Shown: piece after piece, positions 8,594-18,199 of the stretch
Numbering within the stretch: the stretch's first letter is position 1
Layout of the letters: each line of letters begins with the position of its first letter
Assembly: GCA_015059375.1 (NCBI GenBank)
Contig: SVAN01000003.1
Span: 27,211-91,210 of the forward strand
Source: Bacillota bacterium
GTDB taxonomy: Bacteria > Bacillota_I > Bacilli_A > RF39 > UBA660
Length of the DNA: 64,000 nucleotides
Direction: 5' to 3'
Translations under genes and position numbers: made by a program
The notes under the pieces: model-generated
The model's database searches: none
The model's input: only the letters and a program-made list of their open reading frames with translations
Told to the model about the DNA's origin: nothing

Positions 8594-9981
8594 TAGTTCT
8601 CCTTTGTGAGATTATCACTAAGCATGGGACTGCGTTTTTTGTTTTTTTTCTTAATCAGAAATTCTTTAAAATAGCTTTCATCATATGGGGAAGCTGGAAA
8701 CATGTAAGGATAACCAACGGAAGATGTATTAACTAGGTTTACTAAAAAGAATAAAAGGGTAACAAATAAACCATATAATCCCATAAACGCGCTCATTGTT
8801 AAAAATAAAAAACGATAATTTCGAAGGGCATTCCCAATTTCTGGTTCGGTAAAAATTAATGAAGAAATGTACGTAAAGGCCGTTATAATAATCATAATTG
8901 GTGATACTAAACCGGCGCTAACTGCCGCATCTCCTAAAACTAAAGCTCCTAAAATAGAAATGGCTGACCCATATTTGCTCGGAAATCTTAAATCACTTTC
9001 CCTGAGAATTTCACAAATAACGAGCATGATTAAACATTCCACGACGGCTGGAAAAGGAACTCCTTCTCGCTGAATAGCAAAGTTAATTACTAAACTAGTA
9101 GGAATTGCTTCTTGATTATAATTAATGATTGCAATATAAAGCGCAGGAATTGTTGCTGATAAAAAAAAACAAAAAAAACGAATTAACTTGGTAAAATTTA
9201 TATTTAAACCTTTACTATATTTATCAGTAAAAGGATTAATAAAATCGATAAAAAAAGCCGGAAGAATTAAAGCAAATGGGGATTCGTCACAAATAATAAC
9301 AATTTTTCCTTCGCATAAAGCCTCTGCACACCGATCAGGTCGCTCGGTAGTTATAACCGTTGGAAAATGTGATTTATCGCTTAAGTAACCAACTAGATTA
9401 TCGACATCACTTAATAAATCGATGTCGATATCTTTAAGTGAGTTGTATACGCGGTTAACTAATTTGTTTTTTACAATACCATCAAGATATAAAATCCCGA
9501 CTTGAGTACTACTAATGCGGCCAATATTTAAATTTTGGGTTTTTAGGTTATGTGACCGAATTCTTCTTTTAATCATTCCCAGATTTGTTTGATAATTTTC
9601 CACAAAAGCATTTTTAGGTCCTTTTAAAGCTGGTTCTGTTTCATTGGTGGAAATACTTCGGGTAAGTTCGCCTTTGGTTTCAATCGCATAAATATTGGTT
9701 TTATCAAAAATTAAAGTAAAACCATTATATAGATAATTTTCACACTGGTCATAATTATCAAAAACTTTTACATTCCCGCCTGGTATATCTTTTTTTATAT
9801 CTTTAAGGGAATTTATATTAGTAATACTTTTTAATATATAATTGTTAATTTTATCTTGACTACACAAAGTCTCTAAAAAAACTACATATATTTTATGTAA
9901 AGTATTTATTTTAATTTCTTTGATTATTAAATCTGGTGTTTGAGCAAATTCTTTTTTTAATCTTTCTATATCCTTTTTCAT
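8593..9981 (-). CDS. Spore germination receptor, A subunit (GerAA/GerKA family)
   Basis: 462 aa with a soluble N-domain and a C-terminal multi-TM domain. Motifs recalled from GerA-family proteins: GPK.AFVE....N...IRRR, FPTV..TERPD, and PF.L..P.FF. Confidence 0.85.
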   Translation of the reverse strand: MKKDIERLKKEFAQTPDLIIKEIKINTLHKIYVVFLETLCSQDKINNYILKSITNINSLKDIKKDIPGGNVKVFDNYDQCENYLYNGFTLIFDKTNIYAIETKGELTRSISTNETEPALKGPKNAFVENYQTNLGMIKRRIRSHNLKTQNLNIGRISSTQVGILYLDGIVKNKLVNRVYNSLKDIDIDLLSDVDNLVGYLSDKSHFPTVITTERPDRCAEALCEGKIVIICDESPFALILPAFFIDFINPFTDKYSKGLNINFTKLIRFFCFFLSATIPALYIAIINYNQEAIPTSLVINFAIQREGVPFPAVVECLIMLVICEILRESDLRFPSKYGSAISILGALVLGDAAVSAGLVSPIMIIITAFTYISSLIFTEPEIGNALRNYRFLFLTMSAFMGLYGLFVTLLFFLVNLVNTSSVGYPYMFPASPYDESYFKEFLIKKKNKKRSPMLSDNLTKEN

Positions 9982-10062
9982 ATTTTTAGTATGAACTCAA
10001 AAGTAAATAATTATGTCTTTTAAAATATTTATAGTATAATATTTTTAATTAAAGAGGTTATT

Positions 10063-11256
10063 ATGATAGTCAAGATAGAAAGAATGGATCATCTAGGAAA
10101 TGGTATTGGTTATTTAAATGGAAAAATTATTTTTGTTCCTAAAACTATTTCTGGGGATATAGTTAAAATTTTAAATTATGAAGAGCACAAAAAATATAGT
10201 CAAGCTATAGATTATGAACTTATTAGCTTGTCCCAAGAGCGTGTAGAGGCATTTTGTCCTTATTATGAAAAATGTGGGGGATGTCACTTGCAAAATATGA
10301 CCTATGAAGACACCTTAGAATATAAAAAAAATCGCGTTCATAACATTTTAGCTAAAGCAGGGATTACAAATGATATTGAAGTTATTGCAAATCAAAATGA
10401 TAAATATTATCGCAATAAAATTGAACTTAAAATTAAGAATGGTAAATTAGGTTTTTATGAAAAGAAAACGCATAAGTTAACGGAAGTTGAGTCATGTGCC
10501 ATTACTAAAAAAGCAATTAATAATTTCTTGCCAGAACTTTTGAAGATGAATATTCAAAATGGAGAAGTAACTTTAAGATGTAATTATAACGATGAACTTT
10601 TAATTGCAATTCAGACAGACGACAAGATTATTTTAAATGAAGACGTTTATCCTAAGTACAAAGTTGTAGGTATTATTTTAAATAATACATGTATTTACGG
10701 TGAAAAATATTTTTTAGATAAGATTAATAATATGTTTTTTGAAATATCTTATGATGCTTTTTTTCAAGTTAATAGTTATATAAATAGTCAGTTATTTGAT
10801 TTGATATCACAAAATTGTAAGGGAGCAACTGTACTAGATTTGTATTCGGGAGTCGGGACGTTATCCTTAATGGCTAGCCTTAATGCTAAAAATGTTTATG
10901 CAATTGAAAATATCCCTAATGCTGTAGTAAATGCCATGAAAAATGCTAAAATAAATAATGTTAATAATGTGAAGTTTATTTTAGGTAATGTTGAAGATAA
11001 AATCCAATATATCGATGAGAAAATTGATACTGTTATTGTTGATCCTCCGAGAAGAGGACTCGACAATATTACAATAAATAAAATACTAAGTTTAAGTCCT
11101 GCAAAAATCATTTATATTTCTTGTGAAACCCAAAAATTGGCGGAGGATTTGAAAAAACTTCAAGAAAAATATGAAGTAAATAAGTTATCTATCTTAGATA
11201 TGTTTAGTTATACCTATCATGTTGAATGTGTAACGGTATTAAATCTAAAAAAATAA
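10063..11256 (+). CDS. 23S rRNA (uracil-C5)-methyltransferase, RlmCD/RumA family
   Basis: 397 aa. N-terminal TRAM-like segment, Fe-S cluster cysteines CPYYEKCGGCHLQ, SAM-fold motifs LDLYSGVGT and VDPPRRG, and catalytic ISC. Confidence 0.8.
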   Translation: MIVKIERMDHLGNGIGYLNGKIIFVPKTISGDIVKILNYEEHKKYSQAIDYELISLSQERVEAFCPYYEKCGGCHLQNMTYEDTLEYKKNRVHNILAKAGITNDIEVIANQNDKYYRNKIELKIKNGKLGFYEKKTHKLTEVESCAITKKAINNFLPELLKMNIQNGEVTLRCNYNDELLIAIQTDDKIILNEDVYPKYKVVGIILNNTCIYGEKYFLDKINNMFFEISYDAFFQVNSYINSQLFDLISQNCKGATVLDLYSGVGTLSLMASLNAKNVYAIENIPNAVVNAMKNAKINNVNNVKFILGNVEDKIQYIDEKIDTVIVDPPRRGLDNITINKILSLSPAKIIYISCETQKLAEDLKKLQEKYEVNKLSILDMFSYTYHVECVTVLNLKK

Positions 11257-11282
11257 TTAAAAGAAAGAGAAGAATAAAGTTT

Positions 11283-12161
11283 ATGGAAAAATCAAAAGTA
11301 TATTTTAGTAGAGAAATAAGTAGTAAAAGCTTAGTAAAATTATTCGAAAAAGTAGGTAAAGAATTAAAAGGCAATATAGCTATTAAAGTTCATTCTGGAG
11401 AAGATGGAAATCAAAATTATTTACGTCCAGCATTTTTAGAAGAGATAGTTAATCATCTTAAGGGAACGATTGTAGAATGTAATACCGCATATCCGGGAAT
11501 GAGAGATACTACGGAAAAACATAAGGTGCTTTTAGAAAAACATGGCTGGAGCAAGTATTTTAAAGTGGATATTCTAGATGCCAAAGATGATTTAGTTTTA
11601 AATATCCCAAATGGTAAAATTATTAGTAAAAATTATGTAGGTAAAAATATTGAGAATTATGATTCCATGTTAGTTTTGTCGCATTTTAAAGGCCATCCAA
11701 TGGGTGGTTATGGTGGGGCTTTAAAACAACTTTCAATAGGACTATCATCAAGTAAAGGCAAAAGATATATTCATTGTGCTGGTAAAGATAATGGAACTTA
11801 TGAAGAGATGTTTGATACTAATCAACTTTCTTTTTTAGAGGCTATGGCAGATGCCGCAAGTAGTGTTATTAATTATTTTGAAAATAATATAGTTTATCTT
11901 AATGTAATGTGTAATATGAGTGTTGATTGTGATTGTTGTGCTAATGCTCAAGATCCTTGTATGAAAGATATTGGAATTTTAGCATCAACTGACCCAGTAG
12001 CGATTGACAAAGCTTGCATAGACTTAGTATTTAGTTCTAATGATCCTGGAAAAGATGCTTTAATTAAGCGTATCGAAGATAGAAAAGGGACTCATGTTAT
12101 AGATGCGGCGTATAAACTAGGCATTGGTAATGTAGAATATGAATTAGTCGATGTTGATTAA
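11283..12161 (+). CDS. DUF362 domain protein (COG2768-like, putative Fe-S protein)
   Basis: Start moved to MEKSKVYFS; the ORF-track N-terminal extension overlaps the upstream gene. The pattern KVHSGE.GN..YLRP....IV......G.IVECNTAY and the Cys cluster CDCC resemble DUF362 proteins. Confidence 0.6.
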   Translation: MEKSKVYFSREISSKSLVKLFEKVGKELKGNIAIKVHSGEDGNQNYLRPAFLEEIVNHLKGTIVECNTAYPGMRDTTEKHKVLLEKHGWSKYFKVDILDAKDDLVLNIPNGKIISKNYVGKNIENYDSMLVLSHFKGHPMGGYGGALKQLSIGLSSSKGKRYIHCAGKDNGTYEEMFDTNQLSFLEAMADAASSVINYFENNIVYLNVMCNMSVDCDCCANAQDPCMKDIGILASTDPVAIDKACIDLVFSSNDPGKDALIKRIEDRKGTHVIDAAYKLGIGNVEYELVDVD

Positions 12162-12182
12162 TAAAAAATGAAAGGATAAATC

Positions 12183-13088
12183 ATGAATAATAAAGTTGTA
12201 ATTATTGGTTGTGGAAATGTAGGAATGAGTTATGCATATGGCCTTTTAAATCAAGGAACATATGTAAATAAGCTATATCTAATAGATATAAATGAGGAAA
12301 GAGTCGAAGGCGAAGTAATGGACTTGAATCATTGCCTTTCTTACGCTCCTTCGAAAATCAGTATTAATAAAGGAACTTATGAGGATTGTCGTGATGCACG
12401 AATGGTTGTTATTGCGGCGGGGGCAAATCAAAGGCCTGGGGAAACAAGAATGGACTTGATTTCCAAAAATGCGATGATCTTTAAGGATATTATTAGTAAA
12501 GTCATGGCATCAGGATTTAATGGAATCTTTTTAGTTGCCACTAATCCTTTGGATGTAATGACTTACTTAACATATAAATATTCTGGACTTCCTGCATATA
12601 AGGTTATTGGAACTGGAACAAGTTTAGATACTGCAAGATTGCAATTAATTATTGGGAAGAAACTATGTATAAATCCGAAGAATATTCATGCTTACGTAAT
12701 TGGCGAACATGGAGATTCGGAGTTTATCCCATGGAGCCACGCGAATATTAGCTTACAAAATATTAAAGAATTCTTTACTCAGGATGAACTTTTGGAAATT
12801 GAAGCAGACGTGCGAAATGCAGCTTATGAAATAATTGAACGTAAAGGTGCAACTTATTATGGAATTGGTATGGCTATGGTTAGAATTACAAATGCGATTT
12901 TAGGTAATGAAAATACTATTTTAGCACTTTCAATTTACGATGAAGAAAATGATGTATATATTGGTATGCCAGCGATTGTTAACGAGAATGGAGCTCAAAG
13001 AAAAGTCCCTTTTAAGTTAACTGAAGAAGAAAAAGAAAAATTACAAAAGTCGATTAATATTATAAAGGAAAGTATAAAGAGTTTATAG
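12183..13088 (+). CDS. ldh: L-lactate dehydrogenase
   Basis: 301 aa. Rossmann motif VVIIGCGNVGMSYAY, substrate-site GANQRPGETR.DL, and catalytic GEHGDSE. Confidence 0.9.
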   Translation: MNNKVVIIGCGNVGMSYAYGLLNQGTYVNKLYLIDINEERVEGEVMDLNHCLSYAPSKISINKGTYEDCRDARMVVIAAGANQRPGETRMDLISKNAMIFKDIISKVMASGFNGIFLVATNPLDVMTYLTYKYSGLPAYKVIGTGTSLDTARLQLIIGKKLCINPKNIHAYVIGEHGDSEFIPWSHANISLQNIKEFFTQDELLEIEADVRNAAYEIIERKGATYYGIGMAMVRITNAILGNENTILALSIYDEENDVYIGMPAIVNENGAQRKVPFKLTEEEKEKLQKSINIIKESIKSL

Positions 13089-13144
13089 CAAAATTAAATT
13101 GGATAAGATATAATATTTTTGATAAATTTAAAGGGAGTATTTGT

Positions 13145-14341
13145 ATGCAAAAAGTTGTAATAATTGGTGGTGGCGCATCAGGAATGATAGCAGCGATTAA
13201 AGCTTCAGAATTAAATGAAGTGATTTTAATCGAAGCAAATGATAAATGTGGTAAAAAACTTTTATTAACTGGCAATGGTAAATGTAATTATTGGAATGAT
13301 AATATTTGTTTAGACAATTATTTTACTGATGATAAAGCTAAATTAAAAAATATATTAAATTATAAAGATGAAGTTTTAGATTTCTTATACAAATTGGGCT
13401 TATATCCCAAAATTAAAAATGGTTATTATTATCCGTATTCTGCACAAGCTTCAAGTGTAAGAGAAATACTCGCACTAGAACTTGAAAGAAGAAATGTAAA
13501 AGTTTTATATAATAGTAAAGTTTTAAATATTAAGAAAATGGATCATAAATTTTTAATAAAATTAGATGGAGATACAATTGAAGCAGATAAGATAATTATT
13601 GCGACAGGTTCGAAGGCTTTCCCCAAAACCGGTAGTGAAGGAGCGGGGTATGCATTTACTAAAGGATTAGGCCATAGTATTAATCCAGTGTTACCTGCTC
13701 TTGTTCAGTTAAAAGCTGATGAGTTTTATTTGAAAGAATGGAATGGAGTAAGGCAAGATGCTGAATTAACTTTATATGTGGATAATAAAATAATGGCTTG
13801 TGAAGCAGGAGAACTACAAATGACCCAAGATGGTATCAGTGGTATTTGTACTTTTAATATTAGTTCAATTGCTTCGCGAGCTTTATATGAAAATAAAAGT
13901 GTAGAGGTAAAAATCAATTTTTCGCCATTTATCGATGAATCATTTTATGAATTTTTTGATAAGAGAGCTACATTAATACCTAATCAAAATATTGGTCAGC
14001 TTTTGGAAAGTATTTTAAATTATAAACTAATTAACGTTATTTTCAAAAAATCTAATATTTCAAAAAATGCATATTGGAAAAGCTTAACGGAAAATGAAAA
14101 AAGAATATTATGCTCTAACGTTGATGATTTTCGAATAAAGATAATAGATACTAATTCAGTTGATAAAGGGCAAGTATGTACTGGCGGAGTTCCTTTAGCT
14201 GAAGTGGATAATAATTTGCATTCAAATATTTGTACTGGTTTATATTTAGTAGGAGAAATCCTCGACGTTGATGGTAAATGTGGAGGCTTTAATCTAGCTT
14301 TTGCTTTTATTTCTGGATATTTGGCAGGAAAGGTAGTTTAA
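13145..14341 (+). CDS. BaiN/YhiN (HI0933-like) family FAD-dependent flavoprotein
   Basis: 398 aa. VVIIGGGASGM dinucleotide fold, K.LLTGNGKCN and a C-terminal GGV.L.EVD....S.....LY..GE.LDVDG.CGG.NL pattern. Confidence 0.75.
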   Translation: MQKVVIIGGGASGMIAAIKASELNEVILIEANDKCGKKLLLTGNGKCNYWNDNICLDNYFTDDKAKLKNILNYKDEVLDFLYKLGLYPKIKNGYYYPYSAQASSVREILALELERRNVKVLYNSKVLNIKKMDHKFLIKLDGDTIEADKIIIATGSKAFPKTGSEGAGYAFTKGLGHSINPVLPALVQLKADEFYLKEWNGVRQDAELTLYVDNKIMACEAGELQMTQDGISGICTFNISSIASRALYENKSVEVKINFSPFIDESFYEFFDKRATLIPNQNIGQLLESILNYKLINVIFKKSNISKNAYWKSLTENEKRILCSNVDDFRIKIIDTNSVDKGQVCTGGVPLAEVDNNLHSNICTGLYLVGEILDVDGKCGGFNLAFAFISGYLAGKVV

Positions 14342-14342
14342 A

Positions 14343-15932
14343 ATGCTGAAAGTAAGCCAAGTTAAAATTGAAGTAAATAAAGATAACGAAGAAGAAAAAC
14401 TAAGATCTTTAGCCAAGAAATTAAGAGTTAATGAAGATGAAATATTGAATTTTGATGTACGTAAGCAATCGATTGATGCACGAGATAAGACTTGTATATA
14501 TTATGTTTATGAGTTTGCAGTTTCAATGCGTAATGAAGCAAAATATTTAGAACATTGTCTTAATCAAGACGTTAGTAAAGTTAAAGATGAAATTTATGAG
14601 TTTCCTAGCAAGGGAAGTAAACCTTTAGAGGGAAAAATTGCCGTGGTTGGTAGTGGCCCAGCTGGCTTATTTGCAGCTTATACTTTAGCGGAGAATGGTT
14701 ATCCAGTGATATTGATTGAACGTGGTAAAAAAATTGAAGCACGAACTAAGGATGTTGAGCAATTTTGGCAAACTGGTGTATTAAATACTGAGTCAAATGT
14801 TCAATTTGGCGAAGGCGGAGCAGGAACGTTTTCTGACGGCAAACTAAATACGCTAGTGAAAGATCAAAATCATCGGCAAAAAAAGGTCTTTGAAACGTTT
14901 GTTAAGTTTGGGGCTCCAAAAGAAATTTTATATAGTTATAAACCACATATCGGCACAGATAAGTTAAGAAAAGTCATTATTAATATGCGTAATAAATTAA
15001 TAAAAATGGGGGTAGATATTTATTATGAGTCTTGTCTGACAGATATCATCGCTAATAACAATCAGCTATCTTCAATCGTGATTAATAATAGTAAAATAAT
15101 ACCTTGTGCGGTTTTAGTTTTAGCTATTGGCCATAGTGCTCGTGATACGTTTCAAATGCTTTATGACAAAAACATTGAAATGACTAGTAAACCATTTGCA
15201 GTAGGCATTAGAGTCCAACATCCTCAGAAAATGATTAATATGTCGCAATATGGTGAAAAATACGCTAATATTATGGGGGCAGCATCATATAAACTTACTA
15301 ATCAAAGTAGCAATGGTCGTGGGGTATATTCTTTTTGCATGTGTCCTGGTGGTTTTGTTGTCAATGCCTCAAGTGAAGAAGGCTATCTGGCGATTAACGG
15401 AATGAGTAATCATGCTCGAGATGAAGAAAATGCTTGTAGTGCTATTATTGTAACTGTTGACGCTAAAGATTATGGGAATCATCCTTTAGATGGTGTGCAA
15501 TTTCAAAGAAAATTAGAACAAAAAGCATTTGAACTAGGGAATGGGGATATTCCCATTCAATTATTAAAAGATTATTATAGCAGAGTAGCTACTACCTGTT
15601 TGGGTGATATTAATCCAGTTTTTAAAGGTAAAACAACTTTTTGTGATTTAAATGCCATATTCCCCGAAGAAATTAATTTTTCCTTAAAAGAGAGCATGGA
15701 AGTATTTGGGAAAAAAATCAAGGGATTTAATCATCCTGATACAATTATAGCGGGAGTTGAAAGTCGTACATCATCACCAGTCAAAATAATTCGTGATGAT
15801 AATTTTGAGTCTAATATCAAAGGCATTTATCCCTGTGGAGAAGGTGCCGGATATGCTGGCGGTATTACTTCCGCAGCAATTGATGGAATTAAAGTGGCAG
15901 AAGCGATTGGCAAAATTTATTTTCAATTTTAA
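14343..15932 (+). CDS. Uncharacterised FAD-dependent dehydrogenase (COG2509-like)
   Basis: 529 aa. VVGSGPAGLFAAY..AE.G, GEGGAGTFSDGKL, and C-terminal CGEGAGYAGGI.SAA.DG. Confidence 0.7.
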   Translation: MLKVSQVKIEVNKDNEEEKLRSLAKKLRVNEDEILNFDVRKQSIDARDKTCIYYVYEFAVSMRNEAKYLEHCLNQDVSKVKDEIYEFPSKGSKPLEGKIAVVGSGPAGLFAAYTLAENGYPVILIERGKKIEARTKDVEQFWQTGVLNTESNVQFGEGGAGTFSDGKLNTLVKDQNHRQKKVFETFVKFGAPKEILYSYKPHIGTDKLRKVIINMRNKLIKMGVDIYYESCLTDIIANNNQLSSIVINNSKIIPCAVLVLAIGHSARDTFQMLYDKNIEMTSKPFAVGIRVQHPQKMINMSQYGEKYANIMGAASYKLTNQSSNGRGVYSFCMCPGGFVVNASSEEGYLAINGMSNHARDEENACSAIIVTVDAKDYGNHPLDGVQFQRKLEQKAFELGNGDIPIQLLKDYYSRVATTCLGDINPVFKGKTTFCDLNAIFPEEINFSLKESMEVFGKKIKGFNHPDTIIAGVESRTSSPVKIIRDDNFESNIKGIYPCGEGAGYAGGITSAAIDGIKVAEAIGKIYFQF

Positions 15933-15975
15933 AACATAAAAAAACTTCGGAATTTAATATAACCGAAGTTTTTTG

Positions 15976-18177
15976 TTATTTGTAATGAATTTCCTTAACT
16001 GGTGTACATTTAGTTACAAATTTTGCTACGCCAGTTCTTTGATAGCCATCTAATGTTGCTGCTGAACTATATAAATATTCAGCGTTTGACCAGATTGGAC
16101 TTGTTGAAGTAGTTACTGTTTTTGTACAAGCATTATTTGTCATTGTATAACCTTCAGGACAAGTGTTACCAGTGTATTCAGATGGAATTGTTACATAACA
16201 TTTACCATCTTTTAATGTTGCGTTAGCGTCTTCACAATAATATGTATCACTACTATAATAAGTTTTGAAACATTGTAAGCTTTCTTGTGAACCTGATGCA
16301 TTATAACCTTCAGGACAAGAATATGTTTTTGGTGTAGTAGCAGTATTTGCAACTTCTTTCTTATAACAGTTAGTTCCGTTATTAGTATAACCATCAGGGC
16401 AAGTAGAATTTGAATTACTAATTACATTAGTTGTTTTATAACAAAAATTTGAATTGCCTTGACGAATATATCCATAAGGACAATAACTATCACTAGAATA
16501 AATCATATTTGTTTTCATATAACAAGTATTGCCAGATCTAGTATAACCAGTAGGACAATAGCTATTAGTTGTAGTATTTAAACTTGTTTTCATGTAGCAA
16601 GTGTTACCGGATTTAGTATAACCAGTAGGACAAGTAGTAGAACTTGATGTTGTTACATTAGTTTTCATATAACAAGTATTACCAGACTTAGTATATCCAC
16701 TTGGACAAGTAGAACTAGAAGTAGTATCTTTAGTTGCATTCGTATAAACATGACATTTATTACCGTTCAATGTTCCTTGTGAGCAATGATAATATGCAGT
16801 TCTGCTATAAATGGCGTATGTATAAGAAGTAACTCCCATGATTGTAACAGAACCTGTTTGTTTTTTCATTGTAAGTTCATATGTATATTCATTTTCTTTT
16901 TCTTGAGTTTCATATATTGTATCTGGATTTCCCCATTCAGTATATAGTTTTACTGGAGATACAGTTTTTAAGCATTGAGTATTAGCTCCGCTGCCAGTTT
17001 TTGTATATCCGTTAGGGCAAGAATAAGTTGTAGTAGTGTTAGTAATCAAATCAGCATATTTATAGCAATAATTACCAGATTTAGTATACCCAGCAGGACA
17101 AGAAGAAGTAGTTTCTGTAGTTTGGTCAGTAAATTTATAACAACTTCCAAAGCTTTCATGATATCCCGAAGGACAAGAAGATTTATTTTCGGTAATTAAA
17201 TCAGCATATTTATAACAAGCATTATTTTTAGCAGTATACCCAGTAGGACAAGATGAATTTCCTACAGAAATGATATCTGCATATGCATAGCAAGTATTAC
17301 CAACTTTAGTATATCCAATAGGGCAACTTGAACTCAAAGAAATAATTTTATCAGCATAAGAATAGCAATAACCATTAATTAATGTTCCTTCGCTACAATA
17401 AGAATAACTTTCTCCGCCAGTTATTATTGGATCGGTGTATCTTTTGTAAGATACACCAGCATTTACACGTGCATCGGAAATAATAACTTTTTCTTCAGAA
17501 TAGTTAGGTATTGCTTCAATAGTTTCTGTTTTTTCAGAAATACAAGAACCATTTACATATATACCGGATTCACAACGAACATTTCTTTTTACATATTCAT
17601 ACTCGTAAGTTGTATTACATGTTGTTTCAATTTGGGTAAAAGTACAAACTGGTCCAATACAATTTACTTTATCATTATTATTTCCATTTTCATCTTCTGA
17701 AGGTGTAACTTCTAAATCAACCTTATCTTTATTTTCATCAATAATAACGTTACCGTTTTCATCGTCAACAATAGTATTTGTTTCGATTTTTTCAACAATA
17801 TTATCTTTTTTATCACCACATACCAAATTAGTTTTAACTTTATATTCAGTTGCGTTGATTTTAGTAATTGAAACATAACTTAATGTTTCATCACAAGCAG
17901 TTTTTCCATAAAATATCGGATTACTTAATTCTAATTCGTATACTTCATCTAGTGAAATAAGTGTAGTATCTCCGATTTCTTCTGGTAATTCATTAGCGAA
18001 ATATTCCTTGGCATTTTCATGTACTGTTTCTAAATTTGTTTTGAATTCTGCATTATAATCAGCAGTATTAGAACCTTTATTTACTACCCATGCAATAATA
18101 AAAATTATAACAAATAGGGCAATAATACCAAGCAGAATATTTAAAATTTTTCCATTTTTATTATTTTTTGTATACAT
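15976..18177 (-). CDS. Membrane-anchored extracytoplasmic protein with about 16 cysteine-pair repeats (CPxGYTxxGNxCY)
   Basis: 733 aa with an N-terminal TM anchor (ILNILLGIIALFVIIFIIAWVV). Two blocks of about 25-aa repeats each contain two Cys 10-15 residues apart, for example SSCPTGYTAKNNACYKYADLI and TTCPTGYTKSGNTCYMKTSL. A Cys-free spacer (aa ~403-463) separates the blocks. Confidence 0.7.
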   Translation of the reverse strand: MYTKNNKNGKILNILLGIIALFVIIFIIAWVVNKGSNTADYNAEFKTNLETVHENAKEYFANELPEEIGDTTLISLDEVYELELSNPIFYGKTACDETLSYVSITKINATEYKVKTNLVCGDKKDNIVEKIETNTIVDDENGNVIIDENKDKVDLEVTPSEDENGNNNDKVNCIGPVCTFTQIETTCNTTYEYEYVKRNVRCESGIYVNGSCISEKTETIEAIPNYSEEKVIISDARVNAGVSYKRYTDPIITGGESYSYCSEGTLINGYCYSYADKIISLSSSCPIGYTKVGNTCYAYADIISVGNSSCPTGYTAKNNACYKYADLITENKSSCPSGYHESFGSCYKFTDQTTETTSSCPAGYTKSGNYCYKYADLITNTTTTYSCPNGYTKTGSGANTQCLKTVSPVKLYTEWGNPDTIYETQEKENEYTYELTMKKQTGSVTIMGVTSYTYAIYSRTAYYHCSQGTLNGNKCHVYTNATKDTTSSSTCPSGYTKSGNTCYMKTNVTTSSSTTCPTGYTKSGNTCYMKTSLNTTTNSYCPTGYTRSGNTCYMKTNMIYSSDSYCPYGYIRQGNSNFCYKTTNVISNSNSTCPDGYTNNGTNCYKKEVANTATTPKTYSCPEGYNASGSQESLQCFKTYYSSDTYYCEDANATLKDGKCYVTIPSEYTGNTCPEGYTMTNNACTKTVTTSTSPIWSNAEYLYSSAATLDGYQRTGVAKFVTKCTPVKEIHYK
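16123..17577 (-). repeat. Coding tandem-repeat region (about 75-nt imperfect units) encoding the CPxGY cysteine-pair modules
   Basis: Three consecutive units at about 16510-16735 are roughly 80% identical at DNA level by eye (gttttcatataacaagtattgccagatctagtataaccagtaggacaa...). The remaining units are recognisable mainly at protein level. Confidence 0.7.
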
Positions 18178-18199
18178 AACTTTTTCCCCCTAAAACAAT